Source of the DNA: an uncultured Micavibrio sp. | GTDB taxonomy: Bacteria; Pseudomonadota; Alphaproteobacteria; Micavibrionales; UBA2020 | Length of the DNA stretch: 64,000 nucleotides | Assembly (NCBI GenBank): GCA_964551435.1 | Contig: CAZKBS010000008.1 | Coordinates: 4,995 to 68,994, forward strand | Direction: 5' to 3' | In this document: positions 39,616 through 49,227 of the stretch, one piece after another | Position numbering within the stretch: position 1 is the first letter of the stretch | How the letters are laid out: each line of letters starts with the position of its first letter | Program-made: the position numbers and the translations under genes | The notes under the pieces: generated by a model | Databases searched by the model: none | What the model saw: only the letters and a program-made list of their open reading frames with translations | Told to the model about the DNA's origin: nothing

Positions 39616-41022
39616 ATGTCCAAAATCATCACCCGTTTCGCGCCGTCCCCGACCGGATACCTGCATATTGGCGGCGGCCGCACCGCGCTGTTCAACTGGC
39701 TTTTCGCCAAGCACATGGGCGGCCAGTTTTTGCTGCGTATCGAGGATACCGACCGCGCCCGCTCGACCGAGGCGGCGGTGGAAGCCATTCTCGACGGCAT
39801 GCGCTGGCTGGGTCTGGATTGGGATGGGGAGCCTATCTTCCAGTTCGCGCGCATGAACCGCCATGCCGAAATCGCGCACCAGCTTCTGGCCGAAGGCAAA
39901 GCCTATTACTGCTATTGCACGCCCGAAGAGCTGGAAAAAATGCGCGAGGAGCAACTCGCCAAAGGCCTGTCGCCCCGCTATGACGGCCGCTGGCGCGACC
40001 GCGACCCCAAAGACGCCCCCGCCGGCGTCAAACCCGCCGTGCGCATCAAGGCACCGAACCGCGCGAATGATGAAATGCTGGTCAAGGACGCCGTGCAGGG
40101 GGATGTGCGCGTGCCCTATACGCAGCTCGACGATATGATTTTGCTGCGCGGCGACGGCACGCCGACTTATATGCTGTCCGTGGTTGTCGATGACCATGAT
40201 ATGGGCATCACGCACGTCATCCGCGGCGACGACCACCTGACGAATACCTTCCGCCAGCGCATGATTTACGACGCCATGGGCTGGGATGTACCGCAATTCG
40301 CCCATATCCCGATGATTTTGGGCGAAGACGGCGCGAAGCTGTCCAAACGCCACGGCGCTGTCGGCCTGCATGAATACGCGAACAAAGGCTACCTGCCCGA
40401 AGCGATGCGCAATTACCTGCTGCGCCTTGGCTGGGGTCATGGCGATACCGAAATTGTGGATACCGAAGAAGCCGTCAAACTGTTCACGCTGGACGGTATC
40501 GGCAAATCCCCCTCGCGCATGGATTTCACCAAACTGGCGCATGTGAATGCGCATTACATGCGTCAGGCCGACGAAGACCGCCTGATGTCGCTGACCATGC
40601 CGTATATCGAGGAAAAACTCGGCGCGAAGCCGGACGACGCGGGTATTGCCCGTTTCAAATCCGGCCTGCATGCGCTGAAAGAACGCGCCAGCACGCTTAT
40701 CGAATTGGCCGATGCCGGATTGTTTTTCGTACGCCCGCGCCCGTTGCCGCTGACCGAAGACGCCGCCAAGGTGCTGGACGCCGACACGCGCGGCATGCTG
40801 GGTGAAATGAAACAGACGCTGGTATCCCTCGACGATTTCAAAGCCGAGAAAATCGAGGCCGCGCTCAAAGAATACGGCACGCAAAAAGGCCTGAAGCTTG
40901 GCAAAGTCGCCATGCCGCTGCGCGCCGCCATCACTGGCACGACCAACAGCCCGTCCATCTTCCACGTCGCGGAAATCCTCGGCAAGGAAGAAACGCTGGC
41001 GCGGTTGTCGGACGTTGCCTGA
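39616..41022 (+). CDS. gltX: Glutamate--tRNA ligase
   Basis: RFAPSPTGYLHIGG, LRIEDTD, IRGDDH, KLSKR. Confidence 0.97.
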   Translation: MSKIITRFAPSPTGYLHIGGGRTALFNWLFAKHMGGQFLLRIEDTDRARSTEAAVEAILDGMRWLGLDWDGEPIFQFARMNRHAEIAHQLLAEGKAYYCYCTPEELEKMREEQLAKGLSPRYDGRWRDRDPKDAPAGVKPAVRIKAPNRANDEMLVKDAVQGDVRVPYTQLDDMILLRGDGTPTYMLSVVVDDHDMGITHVIRGDDHLTNTFRQRMIYDAMGWDVPQFAHIPMILGEDGAKLSKRHGAVGLHEYANKGYLPEAMRNYLLRLGWGHGDTEIVDTEEAVKLFTLDGIGKSPSRMDFTKLAHVNAHYMRQADEDRLMSLTMPYIEEKLGAKPDDAGIARFKSGLHALKERASTLIELADAGLFFVRPRPLPLTEDAAKVLDADTRGMLGEMKQTLVSLDDFKAEKIEAALKEYGTQKGLKLGKVAMPLRAAITGTTNSPSIFHVAEILGKEETLARLSDVA

Positions 41023-41046
41023 TATTTTCAGAAAGACCTTGAAGCC

Positions 41047-41634
41047 ATGAACATCCGCGATTTCGGCAAAAAAGCCCTCAAGACAGCGCTGCAAGTCAGC
41101 GCCGTCACCCTTTATGCGGCGTCGCTGGGAAGTCCAGTGATCGGCGCTGTCGTCGGCGGCATGACGGGCGGTATTGCGGGTGCAGCCATTGGGCTTTTCG
41201 CAGGGCCGATTGCGGCGGCGGGTGTCATGACTGGGATTTACGTTGCGGCCAAAAGCGTACGCTTCGCAATGAAATCGCCGGAGGAGCGCAAAGAATCCCT
41301 CGCCGCTTTCGACGCCAGACAGACGCTGCGCGAAACGGGCCAAGGTATGGGCCGCGCGCTGGCATGGGCTGTCAGCCTGTCGGTTTTCGTCGGCACGCTG
41401 GGCCGCGTGAATGTCAGCCTTGATTGGGGACAGCCGTCTGACAATGATGATAATAACAGCAGCAGGAACGCGGGGCCGACAATTCAGCCCCCGCAAAAAG
41501 ACACGACTTCATCGCTGCCCGATACCCCGCTTGCCGCACGTTTCACAAACGCGAAAAACCCTGCACCAGAAGTCGCTGCGGCGGACAAGCCACAGCCAGC
41601 AAAACCGCAAAACCCACCCGCGCCGCGCGGTTGA
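41047..41634 (+). CDS. Orphan glycine-zipper membrane-type protein with L-x3-F / Pro-rich tail
   Basis: GAVVGGMTGGIAGAAIG block, second hydrophobic segment, tail SLPDTPLAARF...QNPPAPRG. Confidence 0.78.
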   Translation: MNIRDFGKKALKTALQVSAVTLYAASLGSPVIGAVVGGMTGGIAGAAIGLFAGPIAAAGVMTGIYVAAKSVRFAMKSPEERKESLAAFDARQTLRETGQGMGRALAWAVSLSVFVGTLGRVNVSLDWGQPSDNDDNNSSRNAGPTIQPPQKDTTSSLPDTPLAARFTNAKNPAPEVAAADKPQPAKPQNPPAPRG

Positions 41635-41917
41635 AAAGTGTCAACAGAACGACGCCGGCTAAAAACAAGACGCAAAAGACCTATTTATCCGGCGATTAAT
41701 TTGACACCCTGCAGCATTTCAGCGCGGTTTATGTCTAATAATTTTCCCTATTGGCCTCGCCCCTTGAATGTCCTATAAATCTTAACATATCAAGACACAG
41801 CCAGCACAAATAATAACAAGCCGCCCAAGCGGCATCGCGGTTGATAGAGTCTTTCTGAGACAACACGGTGTGTAACAAGATTTAACGTGTTTTTGTCAAC
41901 AAGGAAGGACCGTCTTC

Positions 41918-44239
41918 ATGGCACCGCTTAGCAAAAAAATCGTCGATGCTTTCAAAAGCATTCTGCCGTCTCTGTCGCAGACCGAAAAGGAAGCGCTTGA
42001 ATCCGGCACCGTGGGCTGGGATGGCGAGCTGATGAAAGGCACGCCCGACTGGGACGTGCTGTTCAAACTGCCCAAGCCTCAGCTGACCGCCGAAGAACAG
42101 GCTTTCCTCGACGGCCCCGTCGAAAAACTTTGCGCGATGATTGACAACTATAAAGTCAGCCAGGACGGCGACCTGCCCAAGGAAGTCTGGGACTTCATTA
42201 AAAAAGAAGGCTTCATGGGCCTCGAAATCCCGAAAGAGCATGGCGGGCATGGTTTCTCCTCCGCCGCGCATTCGGCTGTGGTCATTAAAATCGCCAGCCG
42301 AAGCATCGCCGCCGCAGTGACGGTGATGGTGCCGAACTCCCTCGGCCCAGCGGAGCTTATCCACGCCTACGGCACGAAAGAGCAGCAGGAATATTACCTG
42401 CCACGTCTGGCCGATGGCCGCGAAGTCCCCTGCTTCGCCCTGACAGAGCCGGATGCCGGTTCCGACGCGGGCAGCATGACGGCGCGCGGCGTCGTTTGCA
42501 AAAACGAAAAAGGCGAACTGGGCATCAAGCTGAACTGGGAAAAGCGCTACATCACGCTTGGCCCCGTTTCCACGCTGCTCGGCCTTGCCTTCAAACTGGA
42601 AGATCCCGACAATCTGCTTGGCAAAGATAAAAAAGACATCGGCATCACCTGCGCCCTCATCCCCAGCAACACGCCGGGCGTTGAAATCGGCGACCGCCAC
42701 CGCCCGATGGATCTGCCGTTCCACAACGGCCCGAACAAAGGTAAAGACGTTTTCATCCCGCTCGACAGCATCATCGGCGGACCGGAGCGTGCGGGTCAGG
42801 GCTGGAAAATGCTGATGGAAAGTCTGGCTGTCGGCCGCTCGCTGTCGCTGCCGGCACTGTCCACCGCAGGGGCGCAGCTGTCCAGCTTCGCCAGCGGTGC
42901 CTATGCCCGCACCCGCAAGCAGTTCAATACCGCGATTTCGAATTTCGAAGGTATCGAAGAGCCGCTGGGTAAAATGGCAGGCCTGACCTATATGATGAAC
43001 GCCGCGCGCGAAGCGACCCTGCAAATGGTCGATACGGGCGAGCGTCCGGCCATTCCCTCGGCCATCCTGAAATACCACCTGACCGAGGCGATGCGCACCA
43101 TCGTCAACGACGCCATGGACATCCACGGCGGCAAGGCGGTATCGAACGGACCGAAGAACACCTTCGCCGACCTCTACAAAGGCATCCCCATCGCCATCAC
43201 GGTCGAAGGCGCGAACATCATGACCCGCAACCTGATTATTTTCGGTCAGGGTGCGGTGCGTGCGCACCCCTATGTCCTGAAAGAGCTTCAGGCGGCGGAA
43301 GAGCCGAACCCGAACAAAGCCCTCGGCAAACTGCTCAAAACCATGGCCGCGCATGTAGGCAATGGTGTACGCAGCTTCGCCAAGGCTTTTGTCTACGGCA
43401 TTACCGGCGGCGCTTTCAGCAAAAAGCCGAAGGGGGTCGAAAAACAGACCAAAAAATACTACAACCAGATCAACCGTCTCAGCGCGTCGTTCAACCTTGC
43501 AGCCGAAGCCACCCTTGGCACCCTCGGCGGCGGTTTGAAATTCCGCGAGCGCGTATCTGCCCGCCTTGGCGATGTGTACAGCAACCTGTACCTTGCCTCG
43601 ACGGTGCTGTGGTACTACGAGAAGAACGGCCAGAAAAAAGAAGACTTGCCGCTGGTTCACTGGGCTTGCCAGCATGCCCTGAACAACGCCGAAAAGGCGC
43701 TGGATCAGGTATTGAAAAACCACCCGAACAAAGTGGTTGGCAAACTGCTGCAGCCGGTTATCTTCCCGCGCATGGCCGTGCCGTTCATGGATAAATTCCT
43801 GACCTCGGCCCCCAGCGACAAACTGGACAAGATGGCGGCGGACACCATCCGCAACCCGGGTGAAATCCGCGAGCGTCTGACCTCCGGCATCTTCAAACCG
43901 ACCGGCGAAAACGAACCGCTCGGCCGTCTGGAAGCCGCCTTCAAATCGGTCGTCGAGAGCGAACCTTTGGAGAAAAAACTCTACAAAGCACAAAAAGCAG
44001 GCACGCTGCAAAAAGAACTGCCGCGCGCAGCCATGCTTGACGCCGCTGTCACCGCCAAGGTGATTACAGCCGAAGAAGCAGAACTGCTGAAACGCACCGA
44101 TATCCTGCGCCGCGCTGTGGTGGATGTTGATGCTTTCCCGCAGACGCTGAAATCCGGCGCGATTGCCAACGATGACGACGTCAGCGCACGCCAGCGCCCC
44201 GTCGCCGCCGCGGCACCGAAACCGCCGGGCGCTGCGTAA
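41918..44239 (+). CDS. fadE: FadE-type acyl-CoA dehydrogenase lacking an N-terminal membrane anchor, with 33-aa C-terminal extension
   Basis: LPSLSQTEKEALESG, VMVPNSLGPAEL, CFALTEP.AGSDA, ITVEGANIMTR.L.IFGQG, SARLGD, VDAF; AAGGAAGG RBS. Confidence 0.9.
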   Translation: MAPLSKKIVDAFKSILPSLSQTEKEALESGTVGWDGELMKGTPDWDVLFKLPKPQLTAEEQAFLDGPVEKLCAMIDNYKVSQDGDLPKEVWDFIKKEGFMGLEIPKEHGGHGFSSAAHSAVVIKIASRSIAAAVTVMVPNSLGPAELIHAYGTKEQQEYYLPRLADGREVPCFALTEPDAGSDAGSMTARGVVCKNEKGELGIKLNWEKRYITLGPVSTLLGLAFKLEDPDNLLGKDKKDIGITCALIPSNTPGVEIGDRHRPMDLPFHNGPNKGKDVFIPLDSIIGGPERAGQGWKMLMESLAVGRSLSLPALSTAGAQLSSFASGAYARTRKQFNTAISNFEGIEEPLGKMAGLTYMMNAAREATLQMVDTGERPAIPSAILKYHLTEAMRTIVNDAMDIHGGKAVSNGPKNTFADLYKGIPIAITVEGANIMTRNLIIFGQGAVRAHPYVLKELQAAEEPNPNKALGKLLKTMAAHVGNGVRSFAKAFVYGITGGAFSKKPKGVEKQTKKYYNQINRLSASFNLAAEATLGTLGGGLKFRERVSARLGDVYSNLYLASTVLWYYEKNGQKKEDLPLVHWACQHALNNAEKALDQVLKNHPNKVVGKLLQPVIFPRMAVPFMDKFLTSAPSDKLDKMAADTIRNPGEIRERLTSGIFKPTGENEPLGRLEAAFKSVVESEPLEKKLYKAQKAGTLQKELPRAAMLDAAVTAKVITAEEAELLKRTDILRRAVVDVDAFPQTLKSGAIANDDDVSARQRPVAAAAPKPPGAA

Positions 44240-44262
44240 GCACCCGCGGTATCATAGCCCAT

Positions 44263-44298
44263 AAAAAAAGGCTGCACTTTGACGGTGCAGCCTTTTTT
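44263..44298. terminator. Bidirectional intrinsic terminator
   Basis: AAAAAAGGCTGCAC-tttgacg-GTGCAGCCTTTTTT. Confidence 0.88.
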
Positions 44299-44321
44299 CT
44301 TACTTCGCTATCTCTTACCGC

Positions 44322-45275
44322 TTACAGCGCGGGGGCCTTCGCCACAGGGGCGCGGTCTGTCAACTTGCGCAGGCGCTCCGCTCCTTCCGCCGCGATATCG
44401 GCGTTGATTTTTTGTTGCCCCGGATGCGCCGCATCCGCCGCCGATTTCACGGCATCATGAATGGCAGGCGCCACCAGTCCGGCGTTTTTGAGCGCACCCG
44501 TCACGCTGTCAACCGGCGCGGAAACAATCAGATATTGCCCGTCCTGCGAACGCGTGGCGGCAAGCCCCGCATCTTTCATCGCCTGCATCACGCGCGGCCC
44601 CTGGCCGCTGCGCAGTTCAATTTCGCTTTTGACTTCAAGGGCGCTCGCGCCTTTCAACTCGCTGAACTGTCCGTTTTCGCGAATAGAGGCAACGGGGGAT
44701 GTCGGATACCCCTCAAACCCCACATCGACATAAACAGCGGGTTTTGCAAATCCTTGCAGGAAGGCGCTTTCCTTGGACATGCCGATGGTCGTGATGGAAA
44801 CAAGCCCGGCCTCGACCGGTGTCATTTTCAAACGGTCCAGCTCGCCCGCGATAATCTGTCCGGCAACCTCGGTGCCCAGCACCGCGCCATAGAATGAATC
44901 GCCGCGCGGCCCTTTGGGGGCGTCGTGCGTCAGGGCGACGGTCAGTTTCATCAAATCTTTTTGCGAAACATCTTCGACCGATACGCTGAAGCCGGACGCA
45001 TTGCCGTGGCTGTTTACCTTCGCCTCGACCCCTGCGTTGACCGACAGCAGGCCGAGAACGGCCTCGATACGCTGATCGCGCTTGTCGGCGGGGGTATCAA
45101 ATACAAAGGTCGCTGTGAATTTGTCTTTTTGATAGGGGTTCTGATTGAGCGAGACGGAATCAAGCCCCTTGTCGCTGAGGCCGTTGTGATCCACGCCGGA
45201 ATAACGGTGGCAATCGCCATCGTGTTTGCTTTCGGCGGGATAAAACTCGTACTCGGCTTTATGCTTTACGGACAT
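44322..45275 (-). CDS. Soluble orphan protein, no signal peptide
   Basis: About 317 aa ORF with GAGGGG RBS before ATG 45275 and a shared terminator; no family recognised. Confidence 0.72.
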   Translation of the reverse strand: MSVKHKAEYEFYPAESKHDGDCHRYSGVDHNGLSDKGLDSVSLNQNPYQKDKFTATFVFDTPADKRDQRIEAVLGLLSVNAGVEAKVNSHGNASGFSVSVEDVSQKDLMKLTVALTHDAPKGPRGDSFYGAVLGTEVAGQIIAGELDRLKMTPVEAGLVSITTIGMSKESAFLQGFAKPAVYVDVGFEGYPTSPVASIRENGQFSELKGASALEVKSEIELRSGQGPRVMQAMKDAGLAATRSQDGQYLIVSAPVDSVTGALKNAGLVAPAIHDAVKSAADAAHPGQQKINADIAAEGAERLRKLTDRAPVAKAPAL

Positions 45276-45482
45276 GTAACCCCTCAATCCCTGATGTCGT
45301 TCATATATTATGATATTTATGTTAACAAAATACTACCAGATTAACAGAAACAGCTGAATAAAAATTTTTGCGCAGCGCGGCAAAGGAAGATTTGAAATCG
45401 TTTGGACTTAAACTATTATTAAACAAAGAAATTTATCCTCGGCTCTCGACGTTCTTCTTATTTTCTCAGGAATCCCGACATC

Positions 45483-46805
45483 ATGACAAACACCGCCGCC
45501 CCTGCGCCGCAATCCAAGAAAACCGTTACCCTGACCGATAACGAAACCGGCAAGCAATACGAATTTCCGGTACTCGACGGCAGCACGGGCCCGCGCGTGA
45601 TTGATATCCGCAAACTTTATGCCGAAACCGGCATGTTCACCTATGACCCGGGTTTCACCTCGACGGCGGCCTGCGAAAGCGGCCTGACCTACATCGACGG
45701 CGATCAGGGCATCCTGCTGCACCGCGGTTATTCGATTGCGGAACTGGCGGAGAAAAGCGATTTCCTCGAAGTCTGCTACCTGCTGCTGAACGGCGAGCTG
45801 CCGAACGCCACCCAAAAAGAAGAATTCGTCAACATCGTCACCAACCACACCATGGTGCACGAACAGATGCAGTTCTTTTTCCGCGGTTTCCGCCGCGACA
45901 GCCACCCGATGGCGGTGATGGTTGGCACCATCGGCGCGCTCTCGGCGTTCTATCATGACTCCCTGAATATTGACGATGCGCGCCAGCGCGAAATCGCAGC
46001 CTTCCGCCTGATTGCCAAGATGCCGACGATTGCGGCCATGGCGTATAAATATTCCATCGGCCAGCCGTTCATGTATCCGCGCAACGACCTCAGCTATGCG
46101 GAAAACTTCCTCTATATGACTTTTGCAGTGCCGAGCGAGCCTTACAAAATCAACCCCATCCTTGCACGTGCGATGGACCGCATTCTTATTCTGCATGCGG
46201 ATCACGAACAAAACGCCTCGACTTCCACCGTGCGTCTGGCAGGCTCTTCGCGCGCGAACCCGTTTGCCTGCATCGCTTCCGGTATTGCTTCGCTCTGGGG
46301 CCCGGCACATGGCGGCGCGAACGAAGCGGTTCTCAAGATGCTGGAGGAAATCGGCACCGTTGACCGTATCCCCGAATGCATCAAACGCGCGAAAGACAAA
46401 AACGATAGCTTCCGTCTGATGGGCTTTGGCCACCGCGTTTACAAAAACTTCGACCCCCGCGCGAAAATCATGCGCGAAACCTGTCACGAAGTTCTGGGCG
46501 AACTGAACATCAAGGACCCGCTGCTGGATATCGCGATGGAGCTTGAGAAAATCGCCCTGCAGGACGAATACTTCATCGAGAAAAAACTGTATCCGAACGT
46601 CGACTTCTATTCGGGTATCATCCTCAAGGCGATGGGCTTCCCGACGTCGATGTTCACCGTGCTGTTCGCCATGGCCCGTACCGTCGGCTGGATTGCGCAG
46701 TGGAAAGAAATGATCGAAGAGCCCACGCAGCGTATCGGCCGCCCGCGCCAGCTGTATACCGGCCCGACCGAGCGCAACTACGTGCCCATCGACAAACGGA
46801 AATAA
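45483..46805 (+). CDS. gltA: Citrate synthase (type II)
   Basis: [46 protein letters not shown]. Confidence 0.98.
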   Translation: MTNTAAPAPQSKKTVTLTDNETGKQYEFPVLDGSTGPRVIDIRKLYAETGMFTYDPGFTSTAACESGLTYIDGDQGILLHRGYSIAELAEKSDFLEVCYLLLNGELPNATQKEEFVNIVTNHTMVHEQMQFFFRGFRRDSHPMAVMVGTIGALSAFYHDSLNIDDARQREIAAFRLIAKMPTIAAMAYKYSIGQPFMYPRNDLSYAENFLYMTFAVPSEPYKINPILARAMDRILILHADHEQNASTSTVRLAGSSRANPFACIASGIASLWGPAHGGANEAVLKMLEEIGTVDRIPECIKRAKDKNDSFRLMGFGHRVYKNFDPRAKIMRETCHEVLGELNIKDPLLDIAMELEKIALQDEYFIEKKLYPNVDFYSGIILKAMGFPTSMFTVLFAMARTVGWIAQWKEMIEEPTQRIGRPRQLYTGPTERNYVPIDKRK

Positions 46806-46840
46806 TACGCCGCGCGGCGGCACACCGAAAGGACGTCCGC

Positions 46841-47401
46841 ATGAGCGATAACAATAATTTCTGGAACGATTTCAGAAACCGCAGCATTTATGGCGATGCT
46901 GCGGGCCCGCCCAAGAACGCAACGGAACATGCCGCCGACAACCTTGCGAAATTCGGGCGCAGCCAGCAGACCACCACGGGCAGCGGCGGCTCCGGCGGGT
47001 ACATTGATATCGACATCAATTTCCGCTACCCGTGGCCGCGTATCGCCAAATGGCTGGGGGCTGCGGCTCTTGCCTATGGCGGCGACCATCTGGTCACGAC
47101 GTCTTTTTTCTCGCTGTCTTTCTTGCAATGGGTATTCATGCCCGCAGCTATCATCGCCGGTACGATTGGCGGCTGGCAGCTGCTTGCGAATATATTCAAC
47201 GCATCCATTTTCAACGGCATCCGTTTTATCAGGTCAAAGTCGGTGCGCTATGCTATTGCGGGCAGCGTGCTTTTTTATTTCCTGTTTGCCTATCTTGACC
47301 GTAAATTTTTCTTTACCGGATACGCGGACGAAGCCGGTATCGTCATCGGCGCGCTGGCAGGCGTTTTGCTTGCCCGCCGCAAAAAAGATCAAGCTCAATA
47401 A
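46841..47401 (+). CDS. Hypothetical multi-pass membrane protein
   Basis: AAGGA RBS, ATG 46841; polar N-terminal ~50 aa then about 4 hydrophobic segments. Confidence 0.65.
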   Translation: MSDNNNFWNDFRNRSIYGDAAGPPKNATEHAADNLAKFGRSQQTTTGSGGSGGYIDIDINFRYPWPRIAKWLGAAALAYGGDHLVTTSFFSLSFLQWVFMPAAIIAGTIGGWQLLANIFNASIFNGIRFIRSKSVRYAIAGSVLFYFLFAYLDRKFFFTGYADEAGIVIGALAGVLLARRKKDQAQ

Positions 47402-48384
47402 AAAACCGTCAGGGTACGGTGCCGCGGCCGCGCCATCAAATCCGGCTCATACCCGCGGTTCCACAGGATATGGTCAAGATTGACCGCCGTAATATCACGA
47501 TAGTCCGCCGCATGCGCCGCATCGCGCATACGCTCGACCGCGTGAATGGCGACAGCGCGGAGTTCTATTTCCGCATCACTGCCCGCCGGAATGTCTTCAT
47601 TCCCATCAATCCGCGCCGCAAGGGCTGAATCGTAAATCAAAACGCCCGCATGCCGCAGTACATGCGGCACCATATTGTCGGCAAATATGGTGAGGCGGTG
47701 CATGTCGGTAAAATCCGCAAGCCCCGCGCCACCCAGCGACAGCCAGACATCCGCCGCAAAAATCTGCGCACGTTTGTAGATAGGCACAGTCGCGCCGCGA
47801 TAATCGGCGACATCGGCAAATCCCTGCCATGCCCCCACCAGCGATGCGAGTTTTTCTGCCGAGCGCTCCGCCGCTTCCAGCAAATGCAGAGTTTTTCCGG
47901 CATAATCGGTAAGAATACGCTGGCCCGCCTCTTGCAGATGCCGCGCGAATAAAGCCATCAATTCATCCAGCTGCGGATGCAGGCCTGCAGGTATGCGAAA
48001 AATATCATGGCAGCGCGCGGGCGTTGCTGCCGCCCATGCGGCCGGAGCATCGAAACCGCCCTCATCGAAAGCGCGGCGCAGATGCAGCGCCAGATCGGCA
48101 TATTCAAGCGCCGCGCCGCTTTGCCGCGCCAGTTCGAAATAGCCAGAACCGAAATTAATCGCATCAAGCGCAAGCGCATAGGCGGTTTTTTGCTCGGGCG
48201 TTGTGCCGCCGCCGAGGGTTTGCGTATCCAGCGGTGTCATCTGTGCACGGCGGTCTTTCAGCAGTCGCAGAGTAAAATCAGCAATATGCTCTTCGTTCAA
48301 ATGCACATGCACCGCACGCGATGCCACATCGGCAGCGGCGCGGCGGATATCGTCGGTAAATCGGGCATTTGGATGAAAAGTCAT
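47395..48384 (-). CDS. Queuosine salvage family protein (DUF2419 / Qng1-like)
   Basis: LDAINFGSG, F.D...Y....V.IYKRAQI, LTIFADNMVPHVLR, EIELRA, LDHILW, HRT.T.FY; start overlaps the upstream stop (ATGA). Confidence 0.85.
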   Translation of the reverse strand: MTFHPNARFTDDIRRAAADVASRAVHVHLNEEHIADFTLRLLKDRRAQMTPLDTQTLGGGTTPEQKTAYALALDAINFGSGYFELARQSGAALEYADLALHLRRAFDEGGFDAPAAWAAATPARCHDIFRIPAGLHPQLDELMALFARHLQEAGQRILTDYAGKTLHLLEAAERSAEKLASLVGAWQGFADVADYRGATVPIYKRAQIFAADVWLSLGGAGLADFTDMHRLTIFADNMVPHVLRHAGVLIYDSALAARIDGNEDIPAGSDAEIELRAVAIHAVERMRDAAHAADYRDITAVNLDHILWNRGYEPDLMARPRHRTLTVFY

Positions 48385-49226
48385 TCTTCGGACTTGACGA
48401 CGGGCTCTTCGGCGGCGATTTGCTTGTCCAGCCATTCGGTGATCACATGCCCCGCATGATAATCATAAAGATCGTTATGATGGCCGCCGTTGATGGTGAT
48501 GAATTCTTTGGGATGGCTGGCTTTTTCATACAGGCGCTGCGCCAGCTCTATGGGTATCACCCCATCTTCGTCGCCATGCACGATCAGCAAATTGGTTTTG
48601 ATATCGGCGATTTTGTCGATATTATCATAGCGGTCTTTCATCAGGATATCGACAGGCAGGAAGAAGTATTTTCTTTTCGCTACATCAACCGCGCTTGAAA
48701 ACGGCGCTTCGAGGATGAGGTAACGCGGCTGGATTTCATAGGCCATTTGCGTGGCAACGCCGCTGCCGATACTTTCGCCGTAAAGAACAATCTGGCTTGC
48801 TGTGTATTCTTTCTGGTCAAGAAACCGCAGCGCCGCGCGGCCGTCTTTGTAAAAGCCCTGTTCGCTCGGTTTGCCCGGATTGCCGCCGAACCCGCGGTAT
48901 TCAACCAGCAAAACGCCGACGCCCTTTTCAATGAAATGCTGCGCCTTCACCGCGCGGTATCCCATATGGCCCGCATTTCCGTGATACATGACCACGATTT
49001 TCCCATCCCGTTTTTCCGGCGGCGCAAACCATGCGATCAACGTCAGGCCGTCTTCGGTTTTCAGTTCGACTTCGCGCATCGACGGCGCGGCGCTTTCACG
49101 CGGGTCGCCGGGGTGGTTCTTGTCGGGATGGTATTGCAAACTGCGCTGGCAGACATAAACCAGCAGAAGCACAACGGCATAAACCGCCAGCAGTTGAAAA
49201 ACCAGACGCGCCAAAAACACCACCAT
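48381..49226 (-). CDS. Membrane-anchored alpha/beta hydrolase
   Basis: N-terminal TM, YHGNAG, EYRGFG, GESIG nucleophile elbow, HGDED, GGHHND. Confidence 0.9.
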   Translation of the reverse strand: MVVFLARLVFQLLAVYAVVLLLVYVCQRSLQYHPDKNHPGDPRESAAPSMREVELKTEDGLTLIAWFAPPEKRDGKIVVMYHGNAGHMGYRAVKAQHFIEKGVGVLLVEYRGFGGNPGKPSEQGFYKDGRAALRFLDQKEYTASQIVLYGESIGSGVATQMAYEIQPRYLILEAPFSSAVDVAKRKYFFLPVDILMKDRYDNIDKIADIKTNLLIVHGDEDGVIPIELAQRLYEKASHPKEFITINGGHHNDLYDYHAGHVITEWLDKQIAAEEPVVKSEE

Positions 49227-49227
49227 C

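Noticed and set aside
41640-41917. Riboswitch or sRNA in the long fadE leader
   Set aside because: Only a short hairpin and an A-rich tract; no recognisable aptamer or terminator. An Rfam/Infernal search would be needed.
45321-45345. CtrA box from two TTAAC half-sites
   Set aside because: Spacing is 15 nt rather than the TTAA-N7-TTAA consensus.
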